64,000 nt of DNA, from the NCBI RefSeq assembly GCF_036321535.1, contig NC_087436.1, positions 91,204,001-91,268,000 on the forward strand, given 5' to 3'. A program made the translations under genes and the position numbers. The DNA is from Camelus dromedarius. Taxonomy: Eukaryota. Under the pieces are notes generated by a model. The model did not search any database. It was not told the origin of the DNA and saw only the letters and a program-made list of their open reading frames with translations. Positions within the stretch are counted from its first letter, which is position 1, and every line of letters begins with the position of its first letter. Positions 1 through 14,004 of the stretch are shown piece by piece.

Positions 1-2089
1 GTTTAATACATTTTCCGTATTTTCAGGAAAGATTTTCCTAAACCATATCTGACAGGAAGACAATTCTTGTGGTCTTAATTATCCCCAGTGAAGATGATTT
101 CATAGCCTTCCTTATTAAATAAGGATCTTCACAAATGAACATGGTAAATGAACCCTAGAGCTATTGCAGTGACAGATAAATTATGTCAGTGAAAAACTTG
201 GAATGAGTAAAATCAAGAAAGAAAAATTTCACCTTGCATGAGATCAGGTAAGCATAAGGCATGTGAAGGATTTTAATGATGTCTCTCAGGAAAATTCTGC
301 TTTGAGATGGAGAATGAAGAGATGATAATGGACTTTGGTCAAAGGGGAGAGGAAAAGAAAAGAGCATTTGAGAAAACTGAAGAAGCAATATTGGGAATTA
401 AATGGCAAAAAGCCAAGTCGAAAGAAATATACCCATAAATAAATGAAACATAAAAAGCACAGAAGGGCTCCCAAATAGAAGGCTTGTCTAGATTTCATCT
501 TTAAGAGATACTTAACATTTGTCAATCTGAAGTTTAAAAAACTGTTTGCTGTGCATTTATATTGACTGGTTAATCTTTAGAAAAAAATTTAAAACGTTCA
601 AATACTGAATTTTTATGATTGCTTTCCTGAAAGGATCCCTCCAGGATTTCTGTGTTTTCCTTTGGTTAGTTTTTAACAAATGCATTAAGTAGAAAGATTC
701 TCTTTCCATTCTGTTCTCTTGATATTCCTGGCTGTTTGAAAAAGAACACTCAATTTATTTAATAAAGAAAATACTTGTTTGTGGTCTACCTCTCCAGACT
801 TCCAGCAGCTGTAAAGATAATTAAAGCCATCCATTTAGCGTTGTTGTGTTCCTTATGGCAGCTTCAGTTCTATTGACTGCTTGTAGTTTTCTGTAAGAAT
901 TTTATGAAATTGTCCATGAAAGATAACAGTAGAATCCTGGATGGCTCTGACAGAAAGCGAGTTACATACAGTAATTGCAGTAAGTGTGCAAAGCCTAATA
1001 GGAAGCAGGGCTTTAAACAACTCATCTTTTCTTTGAGGCCAGGAATACATAATGCTAGTGAAAATTTTGTGGCTTCTTAGAGAATTTGGACGGTGTATTC
1101 GAAGCAATCTGGATAATCTACTTTTTCATTATGTTGAATTTATAATTTATATGTTCCAAGCTTTTCTTTCTATGAATAAAATATGTTATTAAATTATAAA
1201 ATAAAATATATTTAGGTGTTGAATTGCTAACTTCTATCTACTGAAAAAATTCACTGAAACAGTTCCAGTCCCTTTTTCCTAAGGGTAAATAGTTTTGCTC
1301 CTGTATGTGTATCCTTAATGTAATAATCAACTGTGCTTTTACCCTGCTGAAGTAATGCATTATTCCTTATTTTTTAAAATGTCACATGTACATCTATTCA
1401 CTCTGCAACACAAAAGTTAGAATAAAAAATATATAATTTTGTTAAGCTGTACTGTCCCAAAATGTTTAGGGGAGAACTCCAGGCAAATTTTTAATAATAA
1501 ATTTCCTAATGTGTTCTCAGTCTGGTCTCATCTGATCTCAGATCAGTGTTGAATGGTCTTTGGGGCTAGAAATTTTGTTTAAAACTAAAGAAAAGATAAG
1601 TGTTCTACAAGTGTTTAAACTTTGAATTAAGCCTCACAATCAGCAAGACCCTAATACCAGAGTTAAATAAGCAAAGAAATCAATGACATTTACATAAAAT
1701 CAATTAGTTATGTTGAGGGTTTTGAATATTATATTACTTCAGTGCAAGAGGAAGTACATAAGAAACAGTTCCACTAGGTTTTCCTATATATTTTATTTCC
1801 TTCTTGGTTTCTGAGGTGTGTTTACTGTCCAGTCTACAAATAACTGATGATTTGGATGATCACACACTTTGTCAATGATATATTCAAAATTCAATTAATT
1901 TTATTCCTGTTACAAGCTTTATCTTGCCATTAATTTCAATAAAATATCAATAGAGTATGAAAATCAAATACTTGACACATTAGGAAAAGGCAGTTAGTAG
2001 AAGAAGGAACAATTGCTGAATACATGAATCTAGATAGGAAAAAAGTAATAGAACAAAATTCACAGTGCTCTTTTATTAATGTTTCTAAT

Positions 2090-3340
2090 TCCTATCTTGA
2101 TGTCTGTTGAGTGTATACTTAGGTGCAGAACTGCTAGGAATATGTATCTTCAACTCTAGGGGTAATGCTAACCTGCTTCTGACATGGTATAGTTATGCAC
2201 TCCCACTTGAGATTTTTCCCCATTGCTTCACATCCTTACCAACCATTGGGATTTGTCAGGTTTTTAAATTCTAGTTACTCTGATGGGCATGTTCTGGTGT
2301 CTTCAGTTACTTTTAATTTGCATATCTGACCATTTAGGTTGAGTTCCATTTGGCAATTTGTGAAGTTTTTGTTTAAATCTCCTGCCGTATCTTTTCTTTC
2401 CTCTCTGTGGATTTGTATGATCACACACACACAAAGTGTAAAACTCCTGTGTTTGTTGTGTTTGTTCTAAATATCTCCTCCCAGGATATGCAGTTTTACC
2501 TTTTTTACTTTCTTAATGTTGTCTGCTGGAAACAAAAATGATTAATTTTTATATGGTCCAGTGTATCAGTCTTTTCCTTCATGGTTATTGCTTATTGTGT
2601 CCTGTTTAAGAAATCTTTCCCTGAACTGTCATAAAGCTGCTTTCCTGTATTATATTCTGGAAGCTTTATTGTTTTACCTTTCACATTTTGCTCTACAGTT
2701 TACCTGGAATTGGTTTTTACATATTATGTGAGATAGATGTCAAGTTTCATTTTACTCCGTGCAGATGTTAAATTGCCCTAGAATTGTTTATTGAAAGAGA
2801 CTGCCCCTTCCCCACTGTATGAAGTGCTAACTTTGTTAAAAATCAGTTGTCCGTATATGCATGCATCTGGTAATGAACTCTCCATTTTGTCCCGTTTATT
2901 TGTTCACTTGTCTGTCCTTGTGCCAATACAACATTGTTTTGATAACTGTATTTTTGTAACTCCTGATATCCCATAGAGCAAGTCTTTTAGCCTTGTTCTT
3001 CCCCAGTAGCATCTTAGCTATTCTTGACTCTGCATTTCCACATTAAGTAGAAACTCGTCAAGTTACAAACACAAATGCACACACATCACACAAAGTTGCA
3101 ATTTTTACTTGGATTTCATTTAATCCTTAGAGCAATTTGGGGAGAATTAACATCTTGAAATTTTGAGACTTCAAATCTATGAACACGTGTATCTCTCCAG
3201 TTTTTTAGATCTTCTTTATTTTCTCTCAGAGAAATGTTATGTTTTTCTGTGAAGGGGTCTTGCATGCCTTTAATGAGATTTAATCCTAGTATTTGGTTGG
3301 TTTTCCTACTGTTGTAAACAGAGTGTTTTTCAAACTAATA
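2090..3340 (-). mobile_element. Ancient L1 (L1ME/L1MC-like) ORF2 3' part and 3' region remnant
   Basis: Degenerate antisense L1 motifs (cacatccttaccaac, ttaagaaatctttccc, tttggggagaattaacatctt); no long ORF. Confidence 0.75.
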
Positions 3341-3469
3341 TGTATCTAGCACCCTCACAAAACTATGTCTCTGGCATCCATGTAAATCTTCTAAAATTAT
3401 TTTATATTAGGAATAGTAATTCTTACTGTGTATCTGAATTTAGTGCTATAACTTTGTCATTCACCTGAT

Positions 3470-3800
3470 AATTGAAGGATTTTGGCTGCCAGCAACAGAA
3501 AATGAATTTGGCTAAGTTATGCAAAGGAGAAGAATATAGGTGAGAGTCCAGATTTCTGGGATCCTGGGGATCTGTTTTGAAAACGAGAACCAAGGCAACC
3601 CTGAAGTTCTGGGAGCATGAACGGAGGTTTGAAAGCATGCTTCCTCTGAGACCTGTTCTTGCTTATTCTGGCCTCTGTTTCTCAAGTGTAATATTCACAG
3701 CATAGAGCACTTAATTCACCCAACTTAAATCACTTCCTGACTCTCCTTGTGTAAAGAGAGGGAAATGTTGTCTTTGGGCTTTAGTAGAATATGGTTTCTG
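3470..3800 (-). mobile_element. Possible MLT1 (ERVL-MaLR) LTR remnant
   Basis: gcaacagaaaatgaatttggctaagtta resembles the reverse-strand end of MLT1J/K-type LTRs. Confidence 0.35.
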
Positions 3801-4647
3801 AAAATTATCTTTTCACCAGTGCTACACATACAATGAGGAAAAGAGAACAGCTTATAATTCCTCAAAGAAAGTTGCATATTTTTTTAAGAAGAGTTACTCC
3901 TCCTTAGAGGGAGATCATAGAAGACAGTCTGGCATCCACTAGGCAGTTCTCTCTAAAATTTAGTAGCAAATGCTTTGCTAAATATGGATACATACTGTAG
4001 TAGGGTTTCTGGAGCCAGTATATTCTCTCTCCCATATATCTATACATTCTGCTGTTATCCCTTATTTATTTTAATCTGTTAAAACATGATAATTTATTTA
4101 AAGAAAGGTTTAGGGAAACAGAGGATTAGAGAATTAGAAAGTCAAATCTTGGTGTAACTATTTTTAATATTTTTTCCATAGAAACTTGTATTATTAAGTG
4201 AATAAAGAGAAAGATACCCTATGATTTAACTTTTCCAGGAATTAAAATAAAATATATAGAACTTTTTTGGCAGAGCATTTAAGTTCAGTTAGGGTTGATA
4301 TTTAACCCTTTTTCCATTCCCAGGGATGCCTCCATGTTACTCACAAAATGAGTCACTACCTGTGGACATGTTTCCAGTTGTGTTAGGCTCCTGGAGATTA
4401 ATTACATTTAGAGTAATGTTCATATATGTGAAGGACTAAATGTTATAATGCTGTGTTAGTCTATTGTATTTCAGATAGAGTTTAGAGATCTTTTAATTCA
4501 AACTAAATTAGGAACTTGGCCTATGTATCTCTGGAATTTAATTGCCTACTATCCATTGGAAAGCTTCCTGGGATGAAGAATGGTACTCTTTGAGAAAACC
4601 TTTTCCATTATCTGACAATACTAAAGTTACTTTCGGTATCAATTCTT

Positions 4648-4795
4648 TTTTTTTTTTTTTTTAATTTTTTTCTTGGAGGTGGGTAATTAGGTTTATTTAT
4701 TTATTATTTTTTATTTAACCAAGGTACTGGGGATTGGACCCATGACCTCATTTATGCTAAGCATGTGCTCTGCCACTGAGGTATACCCTCCCCTA
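4648..4795 (-). mobile_element. Camelid tRNA-derived SINE (vic-1-like)
   Basis: Reverse strand begins ggggagggtatacctcagtggcagagc with tRNA-like A/B boxes and ends in an A-rich tail; TSD tatcaattctt at 4637-4647 and 4796-4806. Confidence 0.85.
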
Positions 4796-5879
4796 TATCA
4801 ATTCTTGAAGATTTCATGACTCTACTTCCTTTTTCTCTACTTTTTTTTTCTGAATGTGATTTTTTTCATTCTAAAAATAATACATGTTTCTTAAAAAAAA
4901 TACCTATGCAGGTAATAGAGAATTGAATGATGAAAAGTGAAAGCTTAGAAGTTTCTTATACTGCTAAAATCATTCTTCTGCTCTGCTATCTCCACACATC
5001 TGACTAAGTTCAGCCTCTAAAGCCAGAGAATGTGTGTCTGTCTCATCTTCTCCACATGACAACACTGTACGTATTTGAACACAACTAACTCGACCTCACT
5101 AAGTGTTTTTGTTTCTTTCTTACTATGCTGTGTATCTTCAACTGTTAATTGTTTTAGGAATACATGAGACACCTTTAAAAGAGAAAAATGGAATTGTTTA
5201 ATATGCTTTCATAATAATAGTTCAATGATATTTGTGCAGATTGAATTTACTTCTGAAGTTCAGGACAGCACTGAATAGACTGGCTTGACTTTCTAAATTG
5301 TGTTTCAGATATTACTGAATTTTTACATGAAACCTCAGTGTGAATGCCTGTCAGGAGTGTATGTACAATACACAAAGGGCATTTTTGTTTTGGATAGGGA
5401 TTCAATAGAAAGAAACATCATATCATCATTAAAATGTCATGTGTTTATATTGTTAAGAGTTTCTAAATAATGGAACTGGTAACATAACCCTCCTTTTGAT
5501 AAAGTGAAAGTCGAAGAAAGCATCACTTTAATTTGTAAAATCACTGCATTGAGAGGTTTTTAAAGTGCTTATGGCGGTACATTATCATCTTGTTAATGAA
5601 TAAAAGTGTCGTTTCAATATTGCATGCATGTAATCTAGTTCCCATCCAAAGAATTAATAATACATACTATTCTTATTGAAAAGACTTAACACAAAAATAG
5701 AATGAAGAGAAAAATTATTATAAGCCCATGCTTGTGTCATTCATATATATTTATCAATATTTCCCCCTAACATGTGTGATTTAGAAGAAAATGATAACAA
5801 TATATAACTACTCAGCAACATGTTTTTTAAAACAGCAATATATATTTGTATTAATATATCTATCTTTTTAAAAAAAGAA

Positions 5880-6270
5880 TTATTTAATAGCTTGGATGTT
5901 CTAAAAATGAATTTATCCATACCCCTTTTAATAAGTATATACATTTTTCCTTTATTTGTATCATCATGTTGCAAAGGACTTCTTTGCAAATGTATGTGAA
6001 TATTTCTATAATAGATTCCTTAACTGGAATTACTGGGTTCAGAGTATGTGATTTCAATTTTTGACATAAAATGTCAAATTGTTCTCTAATAATGTTGTGA
6101 TTTACACTCACATCAGGCATATTGTTTTGGAGCACTAACCTCACATTTTCTCTAACACTAAATAATAATCACAATGTTTTTATTTTGGACAAATTGATAC
6201 TCAGAAATGACATATCATTTTAATTTCCATTTTTTAAAGGAGGCTGTAATTTGAGACAATTTCCTGGGAA
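5880..6270 (-). mobile_element. Old L1 3' region remnant, interrupted by a younger L1 and apparently resuming at ~9615-9880
   Basis: ggaattactgggttcagagtatg and ttttaatttccatttt motifs; continuation ttaattaggttgtctttttattattga after 9615. Confidence 0.55.
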
Positions 6271-6282
6271 TGTCCTCTCCTC

Positions 6283-6769
6283 TTTTATTTTAATTGAAAT
6301 GTTGACGTACAATAGTATGTTAGTTTCAGGTGTACTACATAGTGATTTGATATTTATATGCTGTTATATATTATATATTATATATTATTTATGAAATGAT
6401 CACCATGACAGGTTTAGTAACCATCTGATCCCATACAAAGTTTATAATATTATTAACCATAGTCTTTGTGCTGTATGTGACATCCCCGTGGCTTATTTAT
6501 TTTAACTGTAGGTTTGTACCTTTAATCTCCTTCACCTATTTTGTCCACTCCCCTTCACTCCCCTTCATTCTGGCAACCATATGTCTGCTCTCTGTATCTA
6601 TGAGCCTATTTTGCTTTGTTTTGTTTGTTTTATTTTTTAGATTCCACGTCTAAGGAAGATCATAAGAAATTTATCTTTCTCTGTATGATGTATTTCACTT
6701 GTACACTCTAGATCCATCCATGTTGTCCAAAATGGCAAGATTTCATTTTTTATGGGTGAGTAATATTCA

Positions 6770-6822
<53 letters not shown>

Positions 6823-6834
6823 CATTCAGAGGGT

Positions 6835-6870
<36 letters not shown>

Positions 6871-9605
6871 CTTCTTTATCCATCTATCAATGGGCACTTT
6901 GGTTTCTTCCATATCTTAGCTATTGTAAATAATGCTGCTATGAACATTGGGGTGCGTATATCTTTTTGAATAGATATTTTTGTTTCTTTGGGTAGCTATC
7001 AAGAAGTGAAACTGCTGGATCACCTGGCAGTTCTATTTATAATTTTTTGAGGAACTTACATACTGTTTTCCATAGTAGTTCCACCAACAGTGCACGAGGG
7101 TTCCCTTTTATCCACATCCTCACCAATACTTGTTATTTGTTGTCTTTTTGATGACAGCCATTCTGACAAGTTTGAGGTATTATCTCATTGAGGTTTTGTT
7201 TGCATGTCCCTGAAAATCAGTGATGTTGAGTATAACCTCATGTGTCTGTTGACCATCTGTATGTCTTTTTTAGGAAGATGTCTGTTCAGATCCTCTCTCC
7301 ATTTTTTTTAATTGAATTCTTCCCATTTTTTAATTGTTTGTTTTGATGTTGAGTTTTATTAGTTTTTTGTATATTTTGGGTATTAGCCCTTTATCAGATA
7401 TATCATTTGCAAATATCTTCTACCATTCAGAGGGTTAATTTACTTCATTGATGGTTTGCTTCAATGTGTATAAGTGCTTTACATTGATATATTCCCATGT
7501 GTTTATTTTTGCTTTTGTTTCCTTTGCCTGAGAAGACAGATCCAAAAGAATATTGCTAAGACCGATGTCAGAGAGCACACTGACTATGTTTTCTTCTGGG
7601 AGATTTATGGCTTGAGGCCTTACGTTTAAGTCTGAAATTCATTTTCAGTGTCTTTTTGTGTATGGTGTGAGAAAGTAGTCCAGTTTGATTCTTTTGCATG
7701 TAGCTGTCCAGTTTTCCCAATATTGTTTATTGAAGAGATTCTCTTTTCCTCACTGCCTCCTTGGTCACAGATTTAATTGAACATATAAGCATGAGAGTAT
7801 TTATGGGCTCTCTGTTCTGTTTCATTAATCTGTATGTCTCTTTTTTTGTACCAGTATTATACTGAAGCTTTGTAATATAGTTTGCAGCCAGGGAGCATGA
7901 TACCTCCATCTTTGTTCTTCTTTCTCAAGATTGCTTTGTTCATTTGGAGTCTTTCATGTTTAGAATTATTTGTTTATGTTCCGTGAAAAATGCCATTGGT
8001 ATTTTGAGAGGGATTTCCATGAATCTGTAGATTGCCTTGGGGAGTGTGGTCATTTTGAGAATTCTAATTCTTCGAATCCATGCACATTGTATATCCTTCT
8101 TCAATTTCTTTCATCAATATCTTGTAGTTTTCAGAGTACATGTATTTTACCTCCTTGGATAGATTTATTCCTAGGCATTTTATTTCTTTTGATGCAATTT
8201 TAAATGGGATTGTTTTCTTTAATGTCTATTTCTTATAATTCGTTAATAGTGTATAGATGCACAGTAGATTTCTACATCTTAATCTTGTATCTTGCAGCAT
8301 TACTGGATTAATGTATAATTCTAGCAGTCTTTTGGTGATGTCTTTAGGATTTTCTATATGTGGTATCATGTCATCTGCAAACAGTGACGTTTTACTTATT
8401 CCTTTCTAATTTGAATTCCTTTTATTTCTTTTTCTCATCATTGCTGTGGCAACAACATCCAACACTATGTTGAATAAAAATGGTGAGCTTGGACATTCTT
8501 GTCCTGTTCATGATCTTAGAGGAAACACTTTCAAATTTCACCAACAAGTATGATGTTAGCTATTGGCTTGTCATATGTGGCCTTTATTATGTTGAGGTAT
8601 GTTCCCCCACTTTGTTGACAGTTTTTATCATGAATGAATATTGAATGTTTTCAAAAGCTTTTTTTTTTTTTTTGCATCTATTCAGATGATCACATTTTTT
8701 ATTCTTTAGTTTGTTTTATGTGGTGTATCACATTGATTGATTTGTGGGTATTGGACCATTCTTGCATTATTGGGAAAAATTCCATTTGATCATTGTGTAT
8801 GATCTTTTTAATGTATTGTTGAATTTGGTTTGCTAATATTTTGTTGAGGATTTTTTTCATCTATGTTCATCAGTGACATTGACTTCTAATTTTCTTTTTG
8901 TGTGTGGTGTTTTTATCTGACTTTGGTATTAGGTGATGATGGCCTCATAGAATCAGTTCAGAGACATTCCTTCCTGTTCAATTTCTTGGAATTGTTTGAG
9001 AATTATAGTCATTAATACTTCATTAAATGTTGAGTAGAATTCACCAACATTTCTGTTGCCAACATTTCTGACCCCAGCAGAGTCCCAGTTGCCTTCTGCC
9101 TCTTGGAGAGGCTCTCCCAGGTCAGCAAGTACGTTTGACCCAGGCTCCTTTCAAATTCTGCCTTTCTGCTGGGACTAGTAGCATGTGAGATTATGTGCAC
9201 ACATTTTAAGAGAGGAGTCTCTGTTTCCTGTAGACTTCCAACTCTCTAAACATAAGCCCTGCTGGTTTTTAAAGTCAGACTTTCCGGGGGCTTGTCTTTC
9301 CCATGTAGGACTTGGACATGGAAGCCTAATATGGGACTCAGACCCTTCACTCTTTGGGGAATACCTCTGACATTGGATATTCCTTCCATTTGTGGTTTGC
9401 TGACCCAAAGGCCCTGATTATACTGCATCTCCTCCCCTCCTACCTGTCTTGTGTGGTTCCTTCTTTATATTTTTAGTTGTGGAAAATCTTTTCTGCTAGT
9501 TTTCAGGACATTCTCACAGATAGTTGCTCTGTAAGCAGTTGTAATTTGGATGTGCTCATGGGAGGATGTGAGTTTAGAGTCTTCCAGTGCTGCCATCTTG
9601 GCTGC
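6283..9605 (-). mobile_element. Intermediate-age L1 with 3' UTR and decayed ORF2 RT/C-terminal region joined directly to a 5' UTR (internal deletion)
   Basis: 6283-9046 is colinear with 36184-38890 of the full-length L1 in this window; 9050-9605 is L1 5' UTR-like and ends in gccatcttg (YY1-type 5' end). Confidence 0.85.
6773..6865. repeat. Compound (TA)n and (CA)n microsatellite inside the L1
   Basis: (TA)~22 at 6773-6816; (CA)~12 at 6841-6865. Confidence 0.97.
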
Positions 9606-9959
9606 AGCCCTCTCTTCTCATTTTTAATTAGGTTGTCTTTTTATTATTGACTTACTGGAACCCTTTAAAAAGTAAAGTTGTTGTGCTTTGGCTATCACAT
9701 ATGATGCAAATATTTATTCCAGTGTGGTATTTATTCTTTAACTTTATTTATGGAGATATTTTTTACAGAAGAATTTCTTTTTCTATTTTTAATCTTCTGA
9801 TCTTTTGTTAGTTCATGGTTTTCTGTTACATTTAGGGTAGCCTTTTCTGCCCTATGATTATAAACTATTATTTGGTATTTCTCTTATGGATAAAATTTCT
9901 TTTTTAACTGGATGCCAAAATAGAAAAAATGCAGTATAATAATTACTTATATATATTAT

Positions 9960-10170
9960 TTCGTGCTTACCATGTGGCAGGCAAATTCCTAAGATCTTTA
10001 CATTTCTAGTTTATTTAATCTTCACAACTATCTGATGAAGGAAGTTTTCCTTACTTGGTAGGTAAGGGTGCCAAAGCACAGAGGGATTAGGAAATTTATC
10101 AGAGGTCACTCAGCAGGTTGGTAGTGAGTCAGGAGTCAACCCTCTACAGTCTGCCTCTTGAACTTGTTCA
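9960..10170 (-). mobile_element. MIR SINE
   Basis: gtgcttaccatgtggcaggc, tttaatcttcacaac, gcacagagggattagg, aggtcactcagc. Confidence 0.7.
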
Positions 10171-10609
10171 GTAAACCATAATTAATTACTCACTAATACC
10201 ATTAGGTTTACTTAAGAATGATATTTTAATATCTTTTTGTTTCCAGCACTATATTTCATTCTGTAAGAAATATGGTAGAAATTTAAGTGCTTTTTCCTTT
10301 AATATGAAATGCAGAATGAAGACAATTGTATAGTAACTTGAGAAAGTAAGAGGAAATAAATCAGTATATTAAGCAAATAGTAAATTATATAATTCCAAAA
10401 TGAGAAGCTCATGGTGATAAAATTCACAGGTTAGAGAGCAATGAAGATATTAGTTTTGAAAGTCCTCCTTACTGCTCTCTGAAACTTCAAGAATACATTG
10501 AGTCAAAGGGGAGCTTTGGAAGAACATAAGTTACTGTATTTTTGATAGAAAAACAAAACAAAAAACTCTTCTCAAATAGGAAAAAAAGACAATAACTCAA
10601 TCTAATATA

Positions 10610-10770
10610 CCATGGCACCTTAGAGATCATCCAAAACAGTAATTTCATTTTAGTAAAGAGGCAAAAGAGATTCATAGAGGAAAGTGATGTGAAAATGTCA
10701 CTTGGTAGTGGTGCTGGGACCAGAACTCAGTTCACTAGCTCCTAAATCAGTATACTTTACACTACCTCCA
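10610..10770 (-). mobile_element. MIR (MIR3/MIRc-like) fragment
   Basis: ccttagagatcatc, ttcattttagtaaagagg, gggaccagaactcag. Confidence 0.6.
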
Positions 10771-11749
10771 ATTATTCTGCTGCATATCCATTATACTGTA
10801 ATGGCCTTGAAATAAATAATTTTTAAAGTGCTAATTAAGCAGTGACCCTACCTTGATATTTTAAGCAACATGTTTGTACTCAAATTACAAGAAGTGTATA
10901 GCTTCAAGAGAGGAGAAAAAAAAAAAAAAAAAAAAAAAGAAAGAAACAACCTTGTGAAGTCCTTCCTCTATGGATTTTGTAGAAATTTCCTACTTAGTTT
11001 CATCTTCTATATTTAGACACTGTAATATTATTCAAGGTTACCATAGGAAGGTACTTCTGGCAGTTTTTCTTTTCCCTAACATTTTTTTTTTACTATACTA
11101 TGAAATAGAAACAAACACAGAAACACATAGAATAGATGAAAAGTAGGACACCTAATTAAAGAATATTTATGTTTAGACAAGATTTTGATTACTATGCCAG
11201 ATATAATTAGTCCTTAACTTTCATATTTCCTTTGATTTTGATGATACCAGAGGATAACATTTGTCTAAACAGAAAGTAAATGTATACATTTTTTTTAAGT
11301 ATGTACAGATTTTTTCTTCAATTTTAGTTGAGTTACACAGTGGTGACCATTCTATGTAGTGTTCCCACTTTTATCCTCTGAAAGGTATATCCAATTTTGG
11401 TGATTCCTCTGAGCAGAGTTTCTCATGGAGTTTATCTTAATATTTTTTGTTCCTTTTTTTTTAGGTAATTAGCTTTAGAATTCTCTGCTGTTTTAGTGGT
11501 GTTAACTGACCACCTACTCAGTCTGAAATATTCTTGTAATACATTTCATGTGTTTGCTTTTTGAATTGAGAGCCAATGTAGTTATTTTATGGAATCATCT
11601 GTGACTTGGATTAATCTTAATCAAGAGAAGAATGCTGCATGCATTCATTCACTGAAATACATATTCCTTTTTCTCTGTGCCAGTGATGGAGGAGAGGAGA
11701 GAAGGGGAGAAAGGGTAGACTGCAGAAGAAAGGACAAAGGTTGAATCCA

Positions 11750-11900
11750 GAGCATAGTGTTTGCAGCTAGGCTGCCTGAGTTCCACCACTATACTAGTGT
11801 GACCTTTGTCAAGTTATTTAACCTCTTTGTTTCTCACTTCTCTCCTCTTTAAAATGGGAACAGAATGGTGTGGTAAAGAAAGGGATATGGATTAATTCAA
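11750..11900 (+). mobile_element. MIR fragment
   Basis: Core gtgtgacctttgtcaagttatttaacctctttgtttctc followed by aaaatggg. Confidence 0.7.
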
Positions 11901-14004
11901 GTAATATAACTGTTAACTATTTTATGTCTTTGTTTTGAAGACTTTTTTTGTTTTAAATATCCTTTGGCAATAATTGCCTTTAAATTAAGTTTTGTGAAAA
12001 ATGGTATGACATCTTACAAAGGAGGATTGTCTACAAAAAGAATATCTAATAATTTTATACTGCTTAGAGTTCTCAAAATATTGTTCTAAATAGGAATTAT
12101 TGAGTCGTAAAGACACTTTTATGTCACAGCCGTCATAGTCATTAATACCTTCATGCAAACTGAGTCTCTTATTCCAAGTGTACAGACAGCAAGTAGCCAA
12201 GACAGAATGAAATATGGATCACATCAGTTGTAGTACACTGCTCTTTTCATTTGATACTACCTTATGCAGGACCTAGGTACCTGATAGGAGGCAGAGAAAA
12301 TGGGGATTTAAGAACATATTATGAGATCTATAGATAGAAGAAATTACTTTTTTATAATTGCCAACTAATAATGCTTAGTCTTTCCTTTATTTTTTATTTT
12401 GCCATAAAAGAAGAAGTGATACAGAAAAATGTAAGGAGAGAGACTATATCCATCATTTTTTACTCACAGCAAACTGCTTAGGATCTTTAGGATCTTAATG
12501 CATTTTATGTAAAGTAGATTAAAATTGAGTGAGAGAGAGTTAGAAAAAAGACATTTGATGCAAAATTAGATGTGCAAAAGCTGTAGTAAAAAATCTGAAA
12601 ACTATGAGATTCAGAGTACGTTAGAAGGATGTGTGTAAACTGTGTAAACATTAGGGGCAAAGCCAAGATGGGATGATGAAGTTACGCGTAGTGTGTCTAC
12701 ATATCATGTGTTTGTGTAATTATATTCCAGGTTTAGAAAGTGATCATTTTGCAAATGATTGCTGACGATAATACTCAGATTTTGTATTTCTTTAATTTTT
12801 GCTGTAAATTGTATAGAGTATTTTTATACTTCCATGAATTTTAATGATTAGATTTAACTTTTTCAGTAACTTTGTTCATTTACAAAACATTTTAAGTGAC
12901 TACACTGCACCATATGGAATGCAAAGACGAATGAGTTGCATTCTTAGTTGGAGATTAATATTATCGAATGGAGAAGTATGCTAATATGGATTTCTCAATT
13001 GATTATGTCCATGCCCTCTATATACAGAACAAATAATTTTCATTAAGATACTGGATGGAAATTTATTCTATTTATATAAATATTCTACTTGTGTAGAAGT
13101 CATACTCTGACAACTCTAGCAATAAAAAAAAGTACACTAAGAAATGAACAAAAACAATCTCTTAAGAGAAACACTGCAAAGTCCACAGAGGATGACAATT
13201 GGATTAGAACCACACACAATAGCAGAGAATATTTTAAAGAGTATGTGTAAAGTTATGTTGCCTAATTTAGTAAATTTAACATCACAAAATACTAACAGCA
13301 TAGATTAGAGTTATGGAAAGCTAAAACACCATATCGTGGTTCCTAATGAGGACGAAGACACAAAAAGCAACATGCCCAGCAGTAAAGCAAATGTTTTAAT
13401 CGATCTTGCTTAAGTACTGAAGACATGACATAATAACTGCATAGTTTAGCAATCAATATTTTTGATGACTATGTTATCAGAGAAAGGATAAGTTATATTT
13501 TGGTATTTCCTGTTTTAAAAGACAGAGGGAAGCATATGTAGTTCAAGAATTTCCTCGACAATAATGAATAATGTTTAAAATAATATTTTATTACATAAAG
13601 GGTAAACTTTAATTATCTGGAAACAGTGTTTTCATCATGACTATCAGTTATTAAATGCTTCTCAATTGACTCAATTTTTCATAAAGTGTTCTATTCCAAT
13701 TTTTAGTTTAATAAAACAATTATGCAAATAAAATGTCGAGATAGCTCTAACTGTTATTTACTACCTACTTCCTGATTTTCGTACTTTTTTCATTTTCTCC
13801 AAATTGTATCAACTTTTAAAAAAGAATCACATTTTATGGCTATTATTTTTCACTCTTTCTGTCCTCCAGAGCAGGCACTTATGCTTACTGTATTATGCTT
13901 GCTCTATGAAGGGTCTTTGCAAAGCCACCGCCCTCCTGGAGTTTATAATATAGCTATGATACTGAAAGGCTGTGCTGAGCAAAACAACACAGCATAGTGC
14001 TTAC

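Noticed and set aside
6637..6932. ORFs with YI and HT repeats
   Set aside because: Translations of (TA)n and (CA)n microsatellites
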